From positions 1-64,000 of the forward strand of contig JBLNCY010000046.1 in NCBI GenBank assembly GCA_050261115.1: a stretch of 64,000 nucleotides of DNA. The letters run 5' to 3'. A program made the translations under genes and the position numbers. Of this stretch, positions 58,138 to 64,000 are shown in pieces. The notes beneath the pieces are model-generated. The model saw only the letters and a program-made list of their open reading frames with translations. It searched no databases and had not been told where the DNA came from. How positions within the stretch are numbered: the first letter of the stretch is position 1; the number at the start of each line of letters is the position of its first letter. This DNA is from Methanocella sp. (GTDB lineage: Archaea; Thermoproteota; Bathyarchaeia; Bathyarchaeales; Bathycorpusculaceae).

Positions 58138-59382
58138 CTATGCTTCGCGGACAGCGGGCTCATGCACCCGTAAAAGGACAAAAAGCGAGAGCGGAACCAT
58201 AGCTATCGCGAACAGCAAAAAGGGCAACTGCGGAGAAACATAGAAGTAAATCGCACCCACCGTGACCTGCAGAAGCCCTTGCATAAGAAACGCAAAGAAC
58301 TGCAGGCAGCCGGTGGCGGTTCCCCTGACATTTCGAGGAATCAGGTCGCCTAGCAGGACTTGGTAGCTGGTTAACTGTAAAAGGTTCCCTAATCCAAAGA
58401 AGAACAAGGATAACAGCATCAGGTTAAAGTCGGCGTTTATGAAAAGCAGCGTCCCAGGGATAAACAGCAGATAGCCCAGTATAAGGAAGCGTTTTCTACC
58501 AAATGCGTCGATGCTAAAGCCCGCTATTATGCCGGGAATTGCGATTGAGAGGTAGCGGAAGGCGGTTGCAATCGCCCACTGGTCTAGCGTCAGGCTGAGG
58601 ACTTTTGTGGCGTAGACTACAAAGTACATTTGACAAGAAACAACTAAGCCATTCACGATTATGATGGCAATGAAGAGGTAGAAAGCGGACCGAGGCAATT
58701 TACTCCAAACGCATAAGCTCTCTTTAACCGCCTTGGGGTAGACTCGTACGCCGTCTAGGAAGGTGAAACGTGCTTTCTCGCCGTTTGGGGGCAGAGTTTC
58801 GGTTAATCGCAGCCTCAAAACCGCCACCGAAAAATACGCAGCCGTAACAATCGTGTAGGCGATACGCATGCCCAAATCGAAATTAAAAGCGCTGACGAGA
58901 TACCCTGCGATTAATGGTGCGGGGAGAAGTACTATTGTGGTTATTACTGACTGGAAGCTAAAGCCTGCCCCGCGGCGCTCAGAGGGCAATGAGTCGATAA
59001 TCATCGCCAAGAGGGCGGGTCCATACATCGAGCACACATTCTGAATAAGTAATCCGATGAGGATGAATTCCCATGAGGGCGCCAAAACAAAAAATAAGCT
59101 CCCGATGGCTAAGCCGAAAGTCATGGTTACGATAATCCATCGCCGGCCATGCTTATCAGCCAAGTATCCGCCGGGGAACTGGACAAAGGCAACTGCAAGT
59201 GAACCTACAAACGCCATAAGGGAAATCGTGAATTCGTTTGCGCCAAGGCTGAGGTAGTAGAGGCTTGCGTAGGTGTCAGGGATAGGCTGGGCGGTGAACA
59301 TTATTATCCAGCTTATGGTGATGAGTAGAAAGTTGCCTCTAAGGATAGCTTGGTCTCCTCGGAAGAGCGCTGACAAATTCAT
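58138..59382 (-). CDS. MFS transporter
   Basis: 12 TM; GGYLADKHGRR motif A. Confidence 0.92.
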   Translation of the reverse strand: MNLSALFRGDQAILRGNFLLITISWIIMFTAQPIPDTYASLYYLSLGANEFTISLMAFVGSLAVAFVQFPGGYLADKHGRRWIIVTMTFGLAIGSLFFVLAPSWEFILIGLLIQNVCSMYGPALLAMIIDSLPSERRGAGFSFQSVITTIVLLPAPLIAGYLVSAFNFDLGMRIAYTIVTAAYFSVAVLRLRLTETLPPNGEKARFTFLDGVRVYPKAVKESLCVWSKLPRSAFYLFIAIIIVNGLVVSCQMYFVVYATKVLSLTLDQWAIATAFRYLSIAIPGIIAGFSIDAFGRKRFLILGYLLFIPGTLLFINADFNLMLLSLFFFGLGNLLQLTSYQVLLGDLIPRNVRGTATGCLQFFAFLMQGLLQVTVGAIYFYVSPQLPFLLFAIAMVPLSLFVLLRVHEPAVREA

Positions 59383-59479
59383 TGCAAATAACTTGGCTGT
59401 GAATTATTTAAATTCGCTTACAAAGCCTCTAGGTTTAATATCTAACTATAATTTGAACCCGCAATTCTTAAATTAAAGT

Positions 59480-59990
59480 GAAAAATGTCCCTTTAGCTTC
59501 TGTCCCTTTCGTTTTTATTGGCGCTTTACTCTTTAGCTTCTGTTTAAAAACGCTAATGCGACGCTTAAACAGCGTTAAAGCGTAAAGCGCCACGTATGGC
59601 TCCCTAAACGTATCTTTAAGCGCTAAAATTGCTTAAAATTACTTAACGTTAGCGGACGCTATCTTCAAAACGTATAAGCGCTTTAACTCGCGCAACAGTT
59701 TGGTCAGTAAGCGTATTAGCTGGCTATCGCTATCACAAGCCGAGTTCCAATCTGCACCGCATATAACAGGCGTTAAAACTTAGCCGCAAAAAGCGCCCAT
59801 AAGTCTTTACACCGTCTAAGTAAAAGCGCTACCATTACCCATCTCGCCTAGCTTTCCGATATTCTAGTAAATTTCGCTCTACGGCTTAGCGGTTAAACCG
59901 TAACAAACTCCGCGTGTTAGCTCTCTCCAATTTTTTATTTTACACAGCTTTGGTCACACCGACCTTAGCGTAAACCGTTTAAAAAGTTGG
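59480..59990 (-). ncRNA. candidate large structured non-coding element (RNA or folded ssDNA), unknown class
   Basis: No ORF of 60 aa or more; successive stems at 59519-59592, ~59616-59683, 59685-59746, 59792-59830 and 59880-59902; most wobble positions favour the minus strand; TATA-like TTTTTAAA at ~59978-59985. Confidence 0.5.
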
Positions 59991-60092
59991 TAAACTTGCA
60001 AACCACAAAAAACCTTGCTATCCAAACCAAAAACCGTTCAGTTTTCTGCATTCCAAGAAACTTAAAATATCCAGCGCAAGAAGGGAGACAAA

Positions 60093-60356
60093 ATGTTTGA
60101 GTACCGCCACAAAAACCGAAAATACATCATCATAGAGGTCGCCGACATATTCTACGCTCAAAACAAAGCCGAAGAAATTCCTGACGAAACACTTCAACCA
60201 GACGAATACAAAGCTTGGGAAAAAGTCGAGGACAGGGCAGCCCGCAAAGTAATACGTCGTATAATACAAAAAGCTAAGAAAGAAAACTTTGTCCTGAAAC
60301 GTTTCCTAAACAATCAACAAGCTGACCAGATAGCCAAAAAACCTCTATCGCTGTGA
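60093..60356 (+). CDS. small charged hypothetical protein upstream of the integrase
   Basis: 87 aa; GGGAG RBS; same strand as the integrase, 47 bp upstream. Confidence 0.7.
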   Translation: MFEYRHKNRKYIIIEVADIFYAQNKAEEIPDETLQPDEYKAWEKVEDRAARKVIRRIIQKAKKENFVLKRFLNNQQADQIAKKPLSL

Positions 60357-60403
60357 TTGAACGGCGTGTACCTTCTAATTTTTGTTGATAGAGGTGCCCG
60401 CTA

Positions 60404-61516
60404 ATGAAGACAAAAGCAGTTCAAGACTTCCTTGACTATCAGACAAACAACGGAACTGAAAAAGCATACAAGAAAAGCGTTTCTATGTTCATCCAGTACC
60501 TCACAGAGAAGCTCGAATACCCCGTAACAGGCGACGAGATTATAGCTCGACGTAGAATCGACGTTAAATCCGAAACCTACGAGATGGAAAACACTATAAT
60601 GCTTTTCAAGCAATGGGCAAAGCTTCAGCCTCTAGAATCAAACCCAGACGAAACCGTATCCGAGCGTACAGCCGTTAATTGGAGAGTCGGCGTTAGAGCC
60701 TTCTTCGCCTACCACCGCCTAGATCTAAAACTCAGACGTATGGAAAACAAAAAACTACAAAGCGCAGTGGCCAGAACGGAGAAGTACAAGTTCTCAACCG
60801 AAGACCTGGAAAAAATGGACAAGTACGGCGACGTTACCGAAAAATACGTTATTCGAGTCGGAAAGAGCTTAGGCTTACGTAACATCGATTTTAGACGCCT
60901 AAAGCGGGGTGATGTCGAGCCATACATTAACCGTCCAGCACCTGTCTGCATCGGCCCCTACATGACAGTCAAAGAACACGTCAACGCCTATCCCTTTCTT
61001 GACAACGACGCCATAGAAATAATAAAACTACGCCTCGAAGAAATGAACCATAAAGGCAAAACCAAACCCAGTGACAGATTATTCACTCAAAACCCCAAGC
61101 AGCTTTCCCGTATTCTAAGAAAACTCTGTGACTTAGCAGGCATAAACACAGGCGACAAACAAGTAAAGTTTCACTGCCTAAGAGCGTTTCTTTGCGACAA
61201 ATTAGCAGGCTACATGTCAGAGTCCAAATGGAAACAAATCGTCGGCAAAAAGATTTCCGAAGGCGCATATGTTGGTCCAGACGAGCTACAGAAAGACTTC
61301 CAAAGAGCAATGCCTGATTTCCAGCTCACTAAAGCACAAAACCAAGAGAACATCGAGCAACTGGTTAAGCTACAAATTCTGAAAAACCAAGCCAAAGACT
61401 TAGGATTAGACATTGAAAAAGTGTTCCGGCTCCGAAACACCGTAAGCGTTCCAGAGCAGATAGAAGTCTTAGAATACATAACTTCAGAAAACCAAACAGT
61501 TGGTGCTGTCTGCTAA
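60404..61516 (+). CDS. tyrosine recombinase/integrase (last codons supplied by the IS)
   Basis: Core-binding T...Y/RAFF, catalytic R (SLGLR), K (TVK), HCLR, VGK in place of the second H/W, Y (GAY). Confidence 0.9.
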   Translation: MKTKAVQDFLDYQTNNGTEKAYKKSVSMFIQYLTEKLEYPVTGDEIIARRRIDVKSETYEMENTIMLFKQWAKLQPLESNPDETVSERTAVNWRVGVRAFFAYHRLDLKLRRMENKKLQSAVARTEKYKFSTEDLEKMDKYGDVTEKYVIRVGKSLGLRNIDFRRLKRGDVEPYINRPAPVCIGPYMTVKEHVNAYPFLDNDAIEIIKLRLEEMNHKGKTKPSDRLFTQNPKQLSRILRKLCDLAGINTGDKQVKFHCLRAFLCDKLAGYMSESKWKQIVGKKISEGAYVGPDELQKDFQRAMPDFQLTKAQNQENIEQLVKLQILKNQAKDLGLDIEKVFRLRNTVSVPEQIEVLEYITSENQTVGAVC

Positions 61517-62872
61517 TCGGTTAACTTTTTGGGCTGAGTTGAGTCCATCCTATGTTATCGACCAAGAAAACAAAGGAATGGAACCCAATGATTTCAGTCC
61601 AAACAAAAGTAGAGATACAAGGCGATTTAAGCCTTGCCAACATATCAAGAGAACTAGAAAAAACAAACATTCCAAAAGAGATCCTTAAATCAGCCATAGG
61701 AAAGCTTCAAGATGAGCTCTTGTTACAGCTATGTGGTCGAAGATACCAAAGAGACCGAGATAGAAAGTTCATCCGAGTAGGAAGTACAAATAGAACACTC
61801 AGCACAAGGCATGGCAGAATAGAATTTAGGCTTACTAAAGTACGCTGCTTAGAGAATGGCTCTATCATGCGACCTTTACTTTTGTACGTTGGAGTTGAGC
61901 CAAAGAAGAGAATCATTGATGATCTAACCTTAGAATGTGCAGAAATAGCCACTTACCTAACCTACCGTGACTCCAAAACAGTGATTGAGAACCTCACAAA
62001 CGCACATGTGTCTAAATGGAGGGTTCATGAATGCGTTCAAAGAGTAGGCGATTTTATGAATAGTGAAAGGAGGAAGTCGCCTATGAAAAGCCAAGATTTG
62101 ATCGAGGGCGATGGGACTAAATGTCATAGCTTGGGTGGAAAGAAGAATGAAATCAACGTTATTTTAGGCAAGGACCAAGCTACGGGAGAGAAGAGCCTTT
62201 TAGGGCTTAGTGTAAACGAGGATTGGAAGACTACACTGAGTCAGTTTAAGGGTAGGGCTAAAGTAGCTGTTTCTGATAATGAGCCTTCTTTGAGGAATGC
62301 TCTTTTAGAAAAAGCGTTTAGTTATCAAGCTTGTATTCGCCACTGCGCTGGTGATGTGAGGTTCTATTTATGGAGTGCAAAGGTGCCAAAGAATCAAAGA
62401 GATAAGTTGGCAGCTAAACTTGAAGGTATTTTGGAAATCTTGCATAATTCTGTTAATAAGCACCTGGTTGATGGTGATTTTGGGAGGTTGGAGTGGAGGA
62501 TTAATTTGACGCTTTCGGAGCTTGGGGTGTTTAGTAGGGAGCTGCTTGAGGCCGGGTTGCCTGTTGTTGCCCGTTTCGTACGGAATGCAGCCAATTACAT
62601 GGTTACTTATGCAAGGTTAGCGATGAAGGGAGCTCAAATTCCTATGACGAATAATTTGATTGAGCGTTTGATGGGTGAAGTTGCTAAGAGGGTTAAGCAT
62701 AAGTGGATGCATTGGAGCACTAGGGCTCTTGAGAACTTGCTTAACATTTTGTTGGCTAGGTACTGTAATAGGCGTGTTTATGGTGAGTTGAAAGAAAGGT
62801 ACTTAAGATCAAAGGTGACAACCATTCGAATAGCGATAACATAGAAAAGCTAGCCGATTAGAAGACACAACC
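61502..62872 (+). mobile_element. ISH6-like insertion sequence, 1371 bp
   Basis: Terminal IRs GGTGCTGTCTGCTAATCGGTTAACTTTT versus reverse complement GGTTGTGTCTTCTAATCGGCTAGCTTTT; imperfect 8-bp TSD AAACAGTT (61494-61501) / AAACAATC (62873-62880). Confidence 0.85.
61552..62844 (+). CDS. DDE transposase (ISH6/UPF0236, Mutator-like)
   Basis: R.L.T..G.I, TYR, DGT, VSD.E, Q.C..H, TNN.IER.M motifs. Confidence 0.9.
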   Translation: MLSTKKTKEWNPMISVQTKVEIQGDLSLANISRELEKTNIPKEILKSAIGKLQDELLLQLCGRRYQRDRDRKFIRVGSTNRTLSTRHGRIEFRLTKVRCLENGSIMRPLLLYVGVEPKKRIIDDLTLECAEIATYLTYRDSKTVIENLTNAHVSKWRVHECVQRVGDFMNSERRKSPMKSQDLIEGDGTKCHSLGGKKNEINVILGKDQATGEKSLLGLSVNEDWKTTLSQFKGRAKVAVSDNEPSLRNALLEKAFSYQACIRHCAGDVRFYLWSAKVPKNQRDKLAAKLEGILEILHNSVNKHLVDGDFGRLEWRINLTLSELGVFSRELLEAGLPVVARFVRNAANYMVTYARLAMKGAQIPMTNNLIERLMGEVAKRVKHKWMHWSTRALENLLNILLARYCNRRVYGELKERYLRSKVTTIRIAIT

Positions 62873-63181
62873 AAACAATCAAAAGCGCTTGCAGCGGTTT
62901 GGGCTGCATATGACGCTTTAACAGCGAAACTTGGAATCCATGCAGATTGGCCTCCCACCAAAGTAATTAACTTCGATAGGCGAACCGTTGAAAGGATTGC
63001 CAAGATAGTTAATGATCCAGAACTGTTTAGACTCTATGACTTAGCCACTGATTTAGACGCAATTGACGCTGGAAAAGCCTGTTGGTACGCAAAACATTTC
63101 ATCGAAAAGGTGAAAGAACTGTTGCCAAAAGTAACTCCGATCGAGCAGGAACTGGCAAAACCTTCTGCATATATCACATAA
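62873..63181 (+). pseudogene. start-less ~100-codon open frame, helical, HEPN/PaREP1-like
   Basis: KQSKALAAVWAAYDALTAKLG...VERIAKIVNDPELFRLYDLA.DL......ACWYAKHFIEKVKELL...; no suitable in-frame start. Confidence 0.5.
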
Positions 63182-63292
63182 CAAAAAACACTTACAAGTC
63201 AGACAAACACACTCAAGGATTACAAGCCAAGAGGCGCTGATAATGTTTTTCTAAAAAAAGATAGGGGAAGTGTATTTTCCTATGTTGGTGTT

Positions 63293-63904
63293 TTATGGCT
63301 CTGGTGCTTTTGTTGGGCTTGGCAGGACAGGAATCGTTTGGGAAGTGTCTAGTGGCGCTTTTGAAGGGCCTGGGCTAACCGAAAGTTCTTGGTTACCTAT
63401 GGGCAATCTTGTTTGAGTTCCATCGCCATTGTATACTATGTGAAATGCGTCGCCTAGCATTAAAATAATGGCTTCTGATCTATTGTCGTTCAGGAAATAA
63501 ATGGATCGTCCAATTCCGCTACCGCCAACAAAGTCTGGTGCACCTACAATCTTGTTGAACTCGCTTTCTAAAGCGCTCACGCCTTTACTGTTATATAACT
63601 CTCCTGCCTGTTCAGCACTTAATCTTGGTGTATCTTTTGGTAGGTCTCCAATAGTAATAAGAACAGGTCGTCTCCATTCGCCTGGTAAACCAATGCTATT
63701 GTCTGCAATGATTTTGTCTAGTTGTCCTTTCTGCTCACTTGTTGCTTTAGCATATGCTAACTCGTAGAAAGATGCACTCGATGCAGGGGTTGCTTCTTGT
63801 CCTAAAATCCAATCGGATGTAGCAGAGACAGCTAATATACCGCCAAATAATGTCCCAACTGCAACGATTGCGAACACCATCATGATTTTTCTATTTTTCA
63901 ACAT
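63293..63904 (-). CDS. secreted hypothetical protein
   Basis: Signal peptide; GAPDF.GGSG..R..Y.L motif; Pro-rich tail; AAGGAG RBS. Confidence 0.75.
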   Translation of the reverse strand: MLKNRKIMMVFAIVAVGTLFGGILAVSATSDWILGQEATPASSASFYELAYAKATSEQKGQLDKIIADNSIGLPGEWRRPVLITIGDLPKDTPRLSAEQAGELYNSKGVSALESEFNKIVGAPDFVGGSGIGRSIYFLNDNRSEAIILMLGDAFHIVYNGDGTQTRLPIGNQELSVSPGPSKAPLDTSQTIPVLPSPTKAPEP

Positions 63905-64000
63905 GTTCCATAAGCTCCTTTATTACTTGTAGACCCAAAGGATATAGTATCCAGTATGCTGATTCATTTCAGTTAGGCCAATATAGTATGTCGAACCTGC

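Noticed and set aside
59640-59870. Group I intron-like words on the minus strand (GAAUAUCGGAAAGCU...GGUAAUGGUAGC...GGUGUAAAGACUUA...GAAGAUAGCGUCC)
   Set aside because: P7 would have two mismatches, P3 is weak, the same bases form better local hairpins and there is no host exon; not called, though a cmsearch with group I models is still worthwhile
1-64000. CRISPR array, cas genes or rRNA
   Set aside because: No regularly spaced repeats, Cas motifs or rRNA signatures were seen by eye; the many antisense ORFs in the track are shadows of real genes

Overview
Archaeal chromosomal window. Gene content points to TACK archaea, most likely Bathyarchaeia (inference): ESCRT-III/CdvB, RIO1 with Dim2, TrmB, archaeal RNase P RNA, a BHB-intron tRNA and an expanded family of membrane-anchored PQQ-like beta-propeller proteins. 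Most of it is housekeeping and transport genes (five ABC exporter modules, MFS, ZIP, pyrH, asnS, alkA). The main oddities are: (1) a ~500-nt stretch with no ORF of 60 aa or more, densely base-paired and with internal direct repeats (59480-59990), lying divergently from a small ORF and a tyrosine recombinase whose 3' end was hit by an ISH6-type IS; this is the best candidate for an undescribed RNA- or structured-DNA-associated mobile system; (2) an intact phage tail-sheath gene with no other tail genes in the window; (3) a tRNA-Trp with two introns, a 6-nt middle exon and an intron-encoded C/D guide; (4) three beta-propeller paralogues, each with a 17-bp palindrome at the same position upstream of its TATA box; (5) a candidate C/D sRNA whose guides match a tRNA-Leu(CAA)-like sequence; (6) an IS110-type remnant next to a truncated alkA copy. 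No CRISPR array or rRNA was seen. All family calls come from motif recognition by eye; no searches or folding programs were run.
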